The translations under genes and the position numbers were made by a program. From the human T2T-CHM13v2.0 reference genome, Homo sapiens, in the NCBI RefSeq assembly GCF_009914755.1, contig NC_060928.1: DNA of 64,000 nucleotides. One strand, 5' to 3'. Positions 39,966 through 55,637 of the stretch are shown piece by piece; position 1 is the stretch's first letter; the number at the start of each line of letters is the position of its first letter. Under the pieces are notes generated by a model that saw only the letters and a list, made by a program, of their open reading frames with translations, was not told the origin of the DNA and searched no databases.

Positions 39966-42900
39966 GTCACCAAACCAGCATCAGGGCATAACCACATGCT
40001 GTTCTAACCATGCAGTGTCCTGCCCTCGGTTTAATTGAGGACTCCACCCTTCACCCACCATGGTTCCCATTACACTGAATTGCTGAGGGACACTTAAAAT
40101 TGCACATTTTCTTCCATGACCCAAATACACTTCCCTGTTAAACTCAACTCCAGTACCCTGCTTTTGCTTTCTTAGTAGATCTCAAATTCATAATGATATG
40201 AAATTTTTAACTTTCCTAAACTCTATCTTACCAAGAGCAACCACATCCCTTCTGATTCTGATGTAGTCAGCAACTCAAGCAACCCAGATAACCTTTTTAG
40301 AGTCTGCCAAGAACTCAAGATCCGTCAAAATCGTATCTCCTTTAGAGTGAGTTCCGAAAAAGTTCCAGTTTTCCTGAACAATTTTCTCATCTGTTTAATT
40401 CCCATAAAATAACAAACCTTCCAGATAATTTCTCTGCAGTTCTATTTCACTTTCAATCTTTCCGTGATTGCTTCAATGCCATTAGTTTGCCTTATGTGAA
40501 CCCCTTTGCATCTTCCTCTTATTATGAACTTATTATCTTCTTCTCTGAGAGATTCCTAGTAGGTTAATATGCTGATCTCCATCTTTTTTTCTGCTTTGAA
40601 CTCCCTCCCCATTGGTCCCAGTGTGAGTTCCTAACCTGCGGCTTCCAGAGACCTAAGAATTGCTAGAAATTTTACACAACAATTTTGTGTTTGTGTATAT
40701 TTGCGTTTACTTAAAGGATTAGTCACAGTTTTAATCAGATACTCAAAAGCCTGACATCTAGAAAAAGGTTCATATTGATCATGCAATAAAATCAGACCCA
40801 CACAGCTCATTAACCCTTTGCCTTTGTGGCCTATTCCCTTTGCCTCTGTAGCTGTATTTGCCTCTCCTTCCACTTGCTGCAGCCTCTCCCTTTCCTTGCT
40901 GTCCACACAGCTGAAAGATTCCTCAGCCTATAGCATGGAAGACACATGGCCCTCATTTTTCTCTGGCATACATAGGCTTCCAAAAGGATTATTGCTAATT
41001 TAGCCTGAAATTGTATTTTGATAATTCAATATAGGGCAATTATGACTTAAAGGGGCTAGCTCTGTAGAACAATACATTTGGTTGATTAGTAAAATCGGGT
41101 GACAAGACATCCAGTGAACACATTCTGGGAGGAAGCACAGTCTTTGTTATTATATGCATTACACAAAAGCCTACATAATATCCCCAAAATTAGAAATAAG
41201 AAATAGCTCTCAAATACACATTCAGCAGTAGATAACCACAATGCTCAATTCACAAACTTAAGATTAAATAAGGGTGGGGAGGCTGGGTTACTCAAGAAAG
41301 ACTGAGTTGCCACTGTAGGAGAATGCTACCAAATCTAGCCAGTGAAATAAACATTTTACTTTTCGATAAAGTGTCTCCACATTGTGTGCTATTCTTAGGA
41401 AATGGCATGCTGTATTTTACACAGTTCTAATAAACTTTCAAAGCAATTTTCAGAAAGTAACAAACTAAGAAAAGATTGTATATAAGATGGAAGTTTGCTT
41501 ATTTATTATTTTGGTGAAAGCAAAGACAGCTACTGTATTTCCCCAATAGAGTTATCATCAGCACTGTATCATTACAATGTCATGACACCCCTGCCAATCC
41601 GCCTCTTTTAATTTACTTCATAGTGGAAGCTAGAAAATCATGAATAACTTGTTAATATATCAACGACTGATTAGCTACCTAGTATTCAGGAAAACAGTTA
41701 TGAACATCAGCCTCTGCTGGAATAAAATGTTTGTTTCAAATTTATTTCTTCAATATAAAATCAGTGTAATGAATTACATGCCTTACACAGACAAATGTCA
41801 GAGAATCAAAGTGGTTTCAACATGCTATTTTCACTAGAACAATGATTTGAGCAAACACTCCATATTTTGAATGTTTCTTCTAGGTAAGTATCCAAACTTT
41901 GAATGTCTGCAACTCTTTACATGAGGTTTAAGGACACCTTACAACAATAGAATACAATTGATGTCCTGGGCACTTCTAGCTCTCTGTGGTACTACACCAT
42001 AATAACAGTCATAATAACATTTCACTATACATTGCCAACATGTCAGACATCGGACACTGCTATTAGAGGCCAGGTTGAGATCTCATTAAGCTTTTAGGAG
42101 GACCTTGGTATTCATTTTATGATACTTAGGGCAGAAATTTAATTTTTGATGTTTTTATCTAATTCTCTTTAGTCAGCAAAATAAATATGCAGTTGATTTG
42201 TTAAAGAAAAAAACTATTTTAATTGGCATTGCATGGTTTCTTTAAACAATAAATGGATTTGAATACAGACTAAATATAGAGTCATATTTTGCATCATTTC
42301 AATGGCTATCATTTCATGGTAGACATAGAAAAAAGATCTGTTTTGCTACTACAGACAGTGTCTACCCTAAGGTATTGAGTTGCGATGCATTGATGAATAT
42401 TCCAAGACTTTCAGCTTTACTAAACATCTGCTTTTCACAACCACATTTTAAAGGGAAAAATCTAAGAGACAGAAAAAACATACAAAATCCCCAGGACAGG
42501 AAAAAATTTCCTTCTCATCTCTTCCATAAACCAGCCCCAGATTCCAAATTGAAACCACTGATCACTTGAAAACATTTTAAATGTTGCTTTGTACCAGTCT
42601 CTTTTGTGAAGCATAACTCAGGGGTGAAGGTGAGTGTGGTTTTGAGAACATTCTGCAACAATCAGTGTTTCCAAAACAGAACAGAGGGTGGCCAAAGGGA
42701 TCAGACAAACAAAACTCTTCTCCCTCTTTCAAGGATCAAGCAAATCTGCTTTTGGTCTCCAATGTACACATTGAGTTCTCAGGCTCCTGTGATGTATGGT
42801 GGTGGAGGAAGTGGAGTCACCCAGACAGAAAAGTCTGCAGACAAAACACTAGATGTCAATGGAGTGAGAGACGCCACAGCCAGCCTACTCTTCCTCAGAG

Positions 42901-43519
42901 GAAACAAAAATGGCTCACTTAACTAAAGTCAAGACACTTGCCCCCTCTCCTTTTCACAGGTTATGAAAATTCTTTCCTGAAAAGTGGGGTACACTTCCTA
43001 ATCCATGCTGTGAGTGATTCTTGTAGATATCAGATCTTAACATAAGTCTCTTTCAGGAGGATGTAACAAGAACCCTGCCTGGTTTATCAGGTATATCTTT
43101 GTGAAAATATTTCCTCTGCATTCAAAGTTCTTGAGTAACCTATACTAAAAAGTCTATCATGTTTTATATGTACTAGAGATTTCATTGAACAATACAAAGT
43201 CTTATTTTTAGTGATTTGAGACAGATACATTCAATATAAAATCAGAGTAACATCCTATTATATGTTTACTTCATGTATGATTAGAAATATAATTATATTT
43301 AAATGTAATGTTACAACAGTTATATAATTATATCCGTTGTAGGATAATAATCCCAAAATAAAAGAATAAAGAGTTATGGAACTACAGGATAATTTTTAAC
43401 CTAAAAATAACTTTGGTGGCCTTCAATTTCAGATTTTGCAATTTACCAGAAGAGGGAAAAGATGTTTCCTAAAGGTCTCAGGGATTCCTTCTATGTCATC
43501 AACATCCCTTTTCTAAATG

Positions 43520-43800
43520 GACATTTCAATGAATATGCAAACATGTTCTAGAATCCTCTCACTATTTAAAAAATAATAACATCCTCAGCCCTTATATTTC
43601 CCATTAAGTACCACCATATTCATATACTACCTTCACAGCAAAACCCACAGAGAGAGTTGTCTACAGAGTTTGTCATTACTTTCTCATCTCAAAAATCCTT
43701 CCTCCAGCCACTGCACTCAGACATCCATGTCCTACCATGCTGTGAAGGCTGCTGTTGCCATATTCTCCATATTCTCAATGATCTTCATGTTGCCATCACC
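43520..43800 (+). mobile_element. L2 remnant (further L2 pieces at about 44240-44460 and 45080-45250)
   Basis: CTTCACAGCAAAAC...GAGAGTTGTCTAC...CCACTGCACTCAG...CAATGATCTTCATGTTGCCA. Confidence 0.7.
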
Positions 43801-44654
43801 TAGTTTTGATCTATGATCTATGTAAGGGAAAATTGGATATTCATTAAATATCAAAAAGATTGTAAATATCTTTTTCATTAATGTACTTAGACTGCTATTT
43901 ATGTGACAAAATTAATTTAAGGATTTATAAGGGGTTTACTATGTATTGAACACTGTCAGACTCCAAAAGAACACTAAAAATCATTTTCCCAAATAAGTTT
44001 TCTTTCTACTTAAAAATAAAATATGGACAAAAATGAATAATATATGCATGCTGAAGAGAATAAAGAACTAAAGGGAAGTGCAGAGGAAGCCAAGTAGCTT
44101 AGGAAATCTTTCTGAAGTAGTTAAATTTTAAGCCAGGGTTAGAAGATAGTCAAAGGGGAATAAAAAAGCTTCTTTACTAAACATCTGGCATTAAATTCCA
44201 AATACTATCCTATGATATTTTCATTCCATTAACTCCCACATTTTCTTCAAGATCCAGCTTATACAGAGACAATCTCTTTTATCAGTTCTTCCCTGCCCCA
44301 TACCTGAAGCATTCTATATTGTTCCACTTTGTACAAGGCATTTTATTCATCAGATAATGAGTCTGTCTGTCCCATGGGACTGTGAGCACTTATTCCTCTT
44401 TATACCTACAGTGACTATTTAGCGGAAACTGATGTTTAGCAGCTCTCCAACAATTTGTTTATGTATGACTCAATGTGTACAACAACCCTGAGAAGAAAGT
44501 ACTATCATTATTTATATTATGGAGGAGAAAACAGAGCATCCTAGAAGTTAGAGTATCCCTAACCATTAAGAAGCAAAACAACAACAAAACACACAGACAC
44601 AAAAACAAAGATACAAAAAACAACAACAAAATAGCTGGACAAATACAACAACAA

Positions 44655-44830
44655 CAAAATAGCTGGACATGGTGGTGCATGCCTATAATTCTAGCTACTC
44701 TAGAGGCTGAGGTGGGAGAATTGCTTGAGGCCAGGAGTTGGAGACTGCTGTGAGCTATAATCACACAAATGTACTCCAGTCTGGGTGACAGAGTGAGACC
44801 TCATCTCTAAAAATAAAAAATAAAAATATA
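44655..44830 (+). mobile_element. Alu monomer (FRAM/AluJ right arm) inserted in an antisense MIR (about 44465-44890)
   Basis: AGCTGGACATGGTGGTGCATGCCTATAAT...GGGTGACAGAGTGAGACC plus A-rich tail, preceded by a CAA-rich tract carrying a 23-bp local duplication (44619-44641 / 44647-44669). Confidence 0.85.
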
Positions 44831-45579
44831 AGCAGAGCTCAAACTCTCAAGACCGTATGAAATGAAGCCCAGGCCTGTTATACTATCCTATGTTGTCTTC
44901 TCAGCAAGTACTGCTGGAAAATAGCAGGTAACTGATTCCAGGGATATAGGCAGGAATTTGTAAATGACGTGAGAAACAGAAATCAGATTGGCTTGTTTAA
45001 AGCACAGCAACCCTACTGAGAAATAATGGAAATTATTGATTCTTCTCAAGTTTTGCCATAAGTGTTCTCTTCTCTCTCTCTGCCTGCTTTCTGGGTGGCT
45101 TCAATTACCCCCTTAAATTTAATTGTCCTTTGTATACTGATGATTTCAAAATACATATCTCTAGTCTAGATTGCCCTTGTGAAGCTCTGAACCATATATC
45201 CATCTGCCTACTAGACATCTCTCTGAATGTTCCTACAGGCCACACAACCTGACAGAAGCTTAAGGATCTCCATATATTTTTAAAACTGTCACATTTTAAG
45301 AATCAGACTATATCAGTGTATCACTGAGGAAATTACTGGGATGGATGATAGAAGTTACAGAAATCAGTTTTTCTTCTATTAATATACAATGAGACACTTA
45401 ATATGGCAATAAAATCTCACCCTAATTATCCTCTCACTGAACTTTCAGGACATCTCATGCTCAGCTATGCTGTCTAATCACATCCTATTACTTGCCTTCC
45501 CTGACCATGCCCCATACTTTTTTATCCTTTGATGTTCCTGCCATGTTGTCTACACAGATAATACACCTGCTCACCCTCA

Positions 45580-46150
45580 TGCTGTCAAAGTCCAGCCAGG
45601 AAAACAGAAACTATAATGGGTATTGCAATACAAGGCTGTAATATAGAGATAATATAGAGATTGGCTCACACATGCTCTGATGTCCTAAAAAAAAAAAGCC
45701 AAAAGGTACTAAAACTCAAAAAAGATAACTGCAAGAAACAGTTCCACTAGGACTAAGGGAATAAAATGGTGGAGATTGAGAATATAGACCCTGGGAGTTT
45801 GAAGTAGGGGCTCATAGAGTTGATGATCAGGCCTTTGAAAAGAGGATGACACCTGGGGGCTGGGAACCCCAGGAGCTGAGATGGGGGACCCTGTGGAGCT
45901 GGAGGACAGATCTCAGAGGAGCAGGTATCACCCAGCCACTACAGTACCTCTGAAGGAGCATAATGTGATTGGAAATAAGAGGTTGCAATGCATGCTCACT
46001 TGGCTTGTGTTTCAAACACAGGTCTGTCTGAAACCAGTGCCTGATGCTCATCCTTGCAAAGCACCACATTTCCAAGTCCTTGTTTTTCTTCTTTGCATTT
46101 TATTCTACACACTGTTGCCAAAATACCCTCCCTGATAACAAAACCCTAAT
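45580..46150 (-). mobile_element. ancient ERVL-type LTR relic (family uncertain)
   Basis: GTCAAAGTCCAGCCAGGAAAACAGAAAC...TAATATAGAG resembles the antisense end of old ERVL LTRs. Confidence 0.4.
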
Positions 46151-48592
46151 TATATCGTGCCCTTTCCTAAATCTTTATAATCATTTCCTGTTGACTAAAG
46201 TTTTAAATATGTACTCCTCTCCCTCGTGTCAATGGCATTCTAGAATTTTCTCGCTTTTCTTCACTGCTTCCCTAAATGCCTTCTTTGCTCCCATTGGACC
46301 CCATTATTCCTTAGAAATGCAGCAAATTTTTTTTTATCTTCAACATCTTATAGACCACAAATCTCAGCCTCGTATTATCCCTGAATTTATTTTCAAAAAA
46401 TAATGAAACATATATGCAAAAACCACCTTGTCTTTCATTTCGTAGCAGCCACAACCAGCATGAATGAAGTAGCTGCTGCACAATTAAAATTGCTGAGTTT
46501 TATTGAAAATTAAGAAGCCTAATTTTAGCCAATTAAAACTTAAGTGACAACAAAATGTGTAACTAAGACTGAAAGAATTTAATGCTGTCAATGTAAAACT
46601 TTTACACCTTTTCTGATTTTCACGTACATGGTAGACTGGTTAAAAAGGATGAGTTCTAAATTTTCAGCAATTCAACAACTAAGATTCTGATATGGGGCCA
46701 TGTGCAGACACTCAGTGGAAGGAGAGTTTCCCGCATGTGAGTTGCAGCATTTCAGAAAATTCTAAAGCAACATTTTTCCTTTTTTGCTCTTTGAGTTGCA
46801 AAACTAGCTTTCAACAGGAAAAGAAAATTTGCTACTTACCCTTGGAAGGTGTCTTTTCTATGTGTGAAAATGCTAAGGTGAAAATGTCAAATATTTCACA
46901 TTTGCTTGAGCCTGTGAAATCTAAAGAGATGTGAGATTTTCTTGTTATTCCGATGATTCAGATTGGAGGTATAGGAGTTCACCTGCCCATGTGGATCTCC
47001 TGGAGCTGCCCTATCATTTTATTTTTAAAAGGCAAATATTAAAAATTTTGCTCTTCTCTTTAAGATATAAAATTACTATTATTTCCCTTTATGTAGAAAA
47101 AAATAAAGGTCATCCTGGAACTATGAATTTGTGATAAAAACGGCAAATCGTATAAGACATTTAATTGCTTAGAGCACTTTAAATCCAATTTCTTTGTATC
47201 AGTTTCAGACCAACCTCTGCACAATGAGACTCTAAACACAAGTACTCTTTTTCTGGGCTAGGAATTTGTCTACATATCCAAATTATGTCAACCTATAATT
47301 CATTCAACTTCCACATTCATTCCTTCACTCATTTAACCTATCGGGAGTGCTTACCTGCCACCTGCTCTATATTAATGCATAATCCCTTGTGTTATTTCTG
47401 GAACTCTTCCAACAGTTATGGGTCACAATGACAGTACACCACCCCAAACGTAGGCTGAGCACTTGTTCGCAGTGATGAGCTACATATGTTGGCCAATACC
47501 ATCACAATTTAATGCTTCAGTTCCTCCTGTACCCTTGAGAAGATGGCATCTGGTCCAAATTTTGGGTCCCTTTGAAGATCCATGATAGGTAACTGTCATC
47601 TGGATAGCAAAGACACTTGACCAGTCAATTAAATATTCCAAAATCTAGGAAGTTTATGTAGGTGAGGATAATTAGTTGTAAAAATAAACTCAGTATAATA
47701 AGCCTTATGAAGTGGAACCTAGCCAGGATCTCATCTAATAAAAATAAATCAAGTTGAATTTTAAATTTTTAGAGGTTCAAACAATCATTTACATAAAACT
47801 TTCCTCGAGTTTGGGATTATGTTTTAATAATGTCTATAAAAGCAATGTTGACTTCCCATTGTATTGAAACTTTTTCACTTTGAAGAAATTGAGTATTTAA
47901 AACACTAAGTAAGTAGCTCTTAATTTTCTAAGCCAGCTTATGTCTTCCCCACAGCCATAGTCACAATGTATTCCCTCTCTGAGACAAGTGGAGCTTCCAC
48001 CTTGGGAACATTCACCTTTCCTTCCCTGCAGTCACTTGTTTTACCATAAGATGTAGTAAACTTAACATTTTTTTTAGATCTTCATGGTAACAGCACTACT
48101 GTTTGTTCATTATTTACAAAGAGAGAAAGGCATATTTTACCTTCATTTTCCAAATTTATTCTTATTCTACATGTGATTACTTTAGACATATGTTCAAAAC
48201 ACTTAAATAAAGCTAAATTACAAAAACAGAAAGGGGTATATACTTTCCTAACTTTCTAAACAAGATCTTTTGTATATGAATAATAAGTCTGAGTAAAAGT
48301 TTCAAGATGTTTATGTGTCCTACCATTGAGAGATTGTATAACATACAAAATAAATACTGACAATGAGAACTGTCAATGCTTTTCTGGAGTTGGAATCAGA
48401 TATTTTAGTCATGGTATACATGCTTGTTTTGTGCTATAAATTTATTCTAAAAGAACTTTTAATATGAGAACTAACTTGGACATATAGAACTTGACTTAAA
48501 AACATAATGCCTATGCACATATTAATAGTGCTACTTCGTAAGTGACAAGTCTGGATTTTTGATGGAAAAGTGTGTTATAAAATAAGCTCCTT

Positions 48593-48823
<231 letters not shown>

Positions 48824-49439
48824 TTAAATAGTCAAAATCAAATAATATAAAATATTTTAGATTAATTAAAGCAAATTATATTCCCAATTATAATTCCCAA
48901 ATTATATACCATAGTATAAAATATTTACCATATAGAGTAAATAACATAAACCTGGGAAAAGAAATAGACTAAAAGATGGGACTATAAGAAGAAAACAGCT
49001 ATTAGTCTAATTTGTAATATAAAATGCAAAAGCTTTATACCTGGAAATTACAATAACATCAAGTTAAGAATCAATTCCTTATCCAGCTGAGCATACTGAC
49101 AGGAAAAATGAAGTAAGCAATCAGTTGAATGTGAGAAACAGAAAGAATGAAAGTACTGTTTTAAGTAACTATCAGACAATGTCAAATTGAATATAGGACC
49201 TGTCGCTTCTCTTGTTTCAAAAAGCATATTAGGAGGAGAAGATCAAAACAAATATTTTTCTCCTGTTATCAATATACATAAATATTTTATAACCTGGCCT
49301 TATCAAAGGATGGAAGAAGTGTACTTGATTTCATTGGTGTTAGATTAGATTACAACAGGAAAACAAGTTTTGGCTGTTGGATTCAACAGCCATATTCCCA
49401 CAGTTATTCACAAATGTTAAAAAGGTCATTTGAAAATGA

Positions 49440-49640
49440 TCAATAATAATAATAAGAGCTGATTATTTATTATGCTAGGCATTAAGGTCATCATTTTGAA
49501 TGTGCTATCACAGATTTAATATCAAAAGTAGAAGTAGGTAATATTATGCCTATTTTTCAGATAAGGAAACTGAGGTATCAACAGTTCCTCAAGTATGGAT
49601 GTGACATATAATTAAGATGGCTTCCAAATTCACATGTGAA
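49440..49640 (-). mobile_element. MIR remnant
   Basis: TATTATGCTAGGCA...TATTATGCCTATTTTTCAGATAAGGAAACTGAGG. Confidence 0.7.
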
Positions 49641-49658
49641 TTAGAAGATCTTATTCTA

Positions 49659-50085
<427 letters not shown>

Positions 50086-50172
50086 TTATCTCTCCTTTTG
50101 TCTACAAAACACATTAAAAAGTACAAGGAACTTAAACGTAAAATGCATCTGAGGAGCCACCATTTCTGTCTG

Positions 50173-50459
<287 letters not shown>

Positions 50460-50471
50460 TAGTTTCCAATG

Positions 50472-50710
50472 ATGATATTAGCCAGCATTTATTAAGTGCT
50501 CACTCTGTACCAGCCACCCTTCCAAGTGCTTTACATATATTAACTCTTTTAATATATGACCACCTTGTAAGATAAGTCATTATTTCTCCATTATACTGAT
50601 GGAGAAACAGAGAAAGAAAGCCACATGGTCATATGGCTCATCAGTGGGAGAGCCAAGATGCAAATCCAGGCATTCTGGTGCCAGAGTCTGCCTTCTTAAC
50701 CATGACATAA
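50472..50710 (-). mobile_element. MIRb, near full length
   Basis: CATTTATTAAGTGCTCACTCTGTACCAG...GATGGAGAAACAGAG...AAATCCAGGC...CTTAACCA. Confidence 0.82.
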
Positions 50711-51577
50711 GGCTCCTTTCCCCAGTCACATTAATTTAACCTAAAGAATATTTCCAGAGACCCTACTATTAATATTAAAAAGGACCTGTAGTTAACTGTG
50801 TTGAACACATGCCACAGAGAGAAATGAATGGAAATAGCACTTACTCTGTGCTCCAGGCCCAATGCAGGATTATATGGGCCTAAGTCAAAATTTGTAAGTC
50901 ATAGAATAAGGCTATCTCTTCCAAATCAAATGATTTTAAGAGCCATCATAATCACAGGCTGTCACACAGCATGCTTTACATAAGTACATTGCCTTGATCA
51001 AAGTCAACATCTGGCAAATGTGGATTGGATGCCAGATCTCTCCAGCTCCAATACTCAGGATTTTTTTCATTGTGCTTTGCAAGAAGTGTTAAGAGAGGTC
51101 CCTGCTTAAATTTATTTAGGGAACTAAAATGTAAAAATAAATGACAAAATATTTGTATACAGATTCAAGACAACAATGAAAGCTATATCACATTTCCTGA
51201 AAGCAAAATGATTAATCCCCACAAGTGTTCAAGAAAGTTAATTACATATATACATAAATATTTGTACTTAAAAGGGAAAACTTGCTATTTCTCTTTCTTC
51301 TAGATGAATTTTCTGCAGTTTTTTTTCCTCACTTCTTCTACTCATGCCATACCAAACTATTTACTATTTCCTAAATACCCTACATCCTTAAAAATTCTTT
51401 GGAATGCCCTTCCCATTGAAAAATCCTATTCATGCTTCAAGAGAGTTTATGTGCTACTTCCTCGTGAGGTGTCACCCAAATTTCTCTATCATATTAAGCT
51501 GGCAATTATCATATTGTGTAAGAATTAATACTCTGTATGTTTGTCTCTTACTAGATAGATTGTTCCTTACTTCATAA

Positions 51578-52076
<499 letters not shown>

Positions 52077-53059
52077 GATTTTGTTTATTTTTTAAATTCA
52101 ATACTTATTCCAGTTCTTAGTCTTTTCCTACTGCAGATTTCATTTCTGTTATTTCTACATTTAGTTTCCCAGAAATATTACTTTATCTCATCCAGCTATC
52201 TCCTTATCTTATTCATTCATTCATCAGTTTTTGTTAAGCAAGCCTATGGAAATAGAGCAGTAATGAAACAATTATTGCCCTCATAAAGCTTACATTTTTA
52301 TATTTCAATTTCTTGCATGGCTTTCTGTTTCATACCTCTGTTATCCTACTAAGAATACCAAACAGCTCTGTAAGATTGTTTCCTGTTCTCATATTTCAGT
52401 GTTTTTAGAAATATGACTTTGCTCTGAATGTTCAGAGAAACACTGTCTCCCTTCTGCAGGTTAATATGCATAGCTCCTAGCTAGACCACCAGCAACTCTC
52501 ATCTTTTCAACTACTACAACTCTGCTGCCCTGAGTCAAAATCTGCTACTTCCCTTTACTGCCTCATTGTTGGACACAAAATAGAGACCAGTATCTAATAG
52601 CATAAAATGTCCAGATTATACTCCTAAAAGAACACTTCCTTGATCCAGTACCTAAAGGATGATCTCTTCTAGCCCCCTCAGCCTCATTGCTCATCCCCCT
52701 CCCTGACTCCTAGTTGAGCCTCTTGTCCAGCAGTCTTACTGAATGTAGGAAGAAAGACACAGATGTGAAGCCCGGGGGTGGGATGAGGGAAGCAGCACTC
52801 TGGCAACCTCAAGAAAGCAGTGCCCACACCTTAAAAGGGTGTTTGTCATTTTTCCGATTGGTATAATTTCGGTATTTCTGAGCCAGGAGACGGACATTGA
52901 GACTATGATAGGGTTTTCAAAAACTATGTCAAATTCTCTGTTTTCTGGAAATATGGGCTCTGCATTACCCTCTGCAATCTACTTTCATTAAATTTGTTTT
53001 TAATGAACATTTTCAGATTCTTGCTATGGGCTAGTTATTAGTTCTAATGTTTATCATGA

Positions 53060-53428
<369 letters not shown>

Positions 53429-53559
53429 TAGAAGAGACCACATAAGGGTCTGCAGGAAATATACCATTTTAAAACTGAAGATTAACTTTTAAATTTTAAA
53501 TTTGAAGCATTCAAATTCTCTGATTCCCATTACAACAGTTAAGCTTTAAGAGCAAACAA

Positions 53560-55065
53560 TGAGGAGATGAAACATCTGTACACTGAAACCTATAAAACAT
53601 TAATGAAAAAAATGAAGAAGACACAAATAAATGGAAAGGCACTTTGTGTTCATGGATCAAAAAATAATATTGTCAAAATATCCATACTATCTGAAGTGAT
53701 CTATAAATTCGATGCAATCCCTATCAAAATTTCAATAGCATTTTTTGCCAGCATAGGAAAAAGCAATCCTAAAATTCATATGGAATGACAAAAGACCTTG
53801 AATAGTTAAAGCAGTCTTGAGCAAGAACAAATCTGGAGGCATCACACCTCCTAATTTCAAATTATATTACAAAGCTTCACTAGTAAACAGTATTGTACCA
53901 GCACAAAAACAAACACACAGAGCATTGGAATATAATGGAAAGTCCAGAAATTAATCTGTACATATATGGTCAACTAATATTCCACAAAGATGCCAAGAAT
54001 ATACAATGGGGAAAGGATAGTACCTTTAATTAATGGTGTTGGAAAACTGGATATCCAATTGCAAAAAAAAAATAAATAAACTGGATCTTTATTTTATACC
54101 ATACACAAAAATCAATCAAATTAAAGACTTAAATGTAAGACCTAAAACTATAAAACTCATAGAAGAAAATATAGGAGAGAAGCTCCTTGATGTTGGTCTT
54201 GGTGATAATTTTTGGGGTATGACCCCAAAAGCACAGGTAATAAAGGCAAAAATAAACATGTGAGGCTACATTACATTAAGAAGTTTCTGTCCAGCAAAGA
54301 AAACAATTAGCAAAGTAAAAAGGCAACCTACAGAATGAGAGAAAATTTTTGCTAACTATATATCTTATAAGGGGTTAAATTCATATGGAATCACATTTTT
54401 AAAATATTTTAATTTAAAAAAATTAAAAGCACCATGTGATCCCGCAGTCCCATTTCTGGGTATGTGTCCAAGGGAAACAAAAATACTCTCTAAAAATGAT
54501 ATCTGCACCCACATGTTCACTGCAGCAATATTTACAAAAGCCAAAAAATGAACAATCTAAATGTTCTCTTATGAGTGAATGAATAAAGAAAACGTGTGTG
54601 TGTGTGTATGTGGAGGCATATATGTGTATGTGTGTGTATATACATATATTTTAAAGAGGACAATATGGGACAATATTATTGAACCTAGAGGACACTGTGT
54701 TAAGTGAAATATGCCAAGAACAAAAAGACAAACACCACATGATCTTACTTATATGTGGAAACTTAAAAAGTAGAATTCATAGAAACAGAGAACAGAAGAG
54801 TGGTTATCAAGTGTCAAAGAGTAGAAGAAATGGGGAAATACTAGTTAAAGGGTACACACTTTCAGTTATAAGATGAAAAAGTTCTGGAAACTGAATGTAT
54901 ACCATAATGACTGTAGTTATTATAATATACTGTATGCTTGAAATTTTCCAAGAATGTAGATCTTAAATATTCTCACCACACACAAATGTTAACTATGTAA
55001 GATGATGTATATGTTAATGACCTTGATGGCTGTAATCATTTCACAAGGTGTACATACATCAAGAC
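53560..55065 (+). mobile_element. L1MA9/L1MB-like LINE-1 with internal deletion; last ~70 bp resume at about 57685-57750
   Basis: ORF2 remnants to about 54376, then a jump to the 3' region at about 54430; the 3' UTR is cut at ...GTACATACATCAAGAC and continues TTAAATATATGCAATTTTTATTTG after the nested L1. Confidence 0.8.
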
Positions 55066-55597
55066 TAAGTGGATTTATTGCTGGTATGTAAGATTGGTTT
55101 TACATATGCAAATACATCAATGTGATCCATTACATTAACAGAATGAAAGACAAAAACCACATGATCATCTTAATTGATGCAGAAAAAGTATTCAACAAAG
55201 TCCAACATTTTTTCTAGATAACAACACTCAATAGTTTAGGTATAGAAGGGAAATTCTTCTAAATAAAGCAATTTCTAAAAACAACAACAACAAAACAAAA
55301 CAAAAAACAAACGAACAAACTAAACCACAGCAAACATCATCAACCGGGAGAAACTGAAAGCTTTCCTATTGAGATCCAGTACAAGGGAAGGATGCCTACT
55401 CTTGCCACTTCCATTCAGCATCATACTGGAAATAATAGGAAGAGTATTTAAGTGAAGAAATAAAAGGCATCACAATAGAAAGGAAGAAATATAATTTTCT
55501 CTGTGTGAAGACAACTTGACTCTATATGTAAAAAAACCGCAAAGACAGCCGAGATCGCGCACTGCACTCCAGCCTGGGTGACAGAGCAAGACACTGT

Positions 55598-55637
<40 letters not shown>

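Noticed and set aside
42606-42926. 106-aa ORF containing GGGGSG as an exon
   Set aside because: Weak splice signals, partly MIR-like sequence, and no recognised homology.
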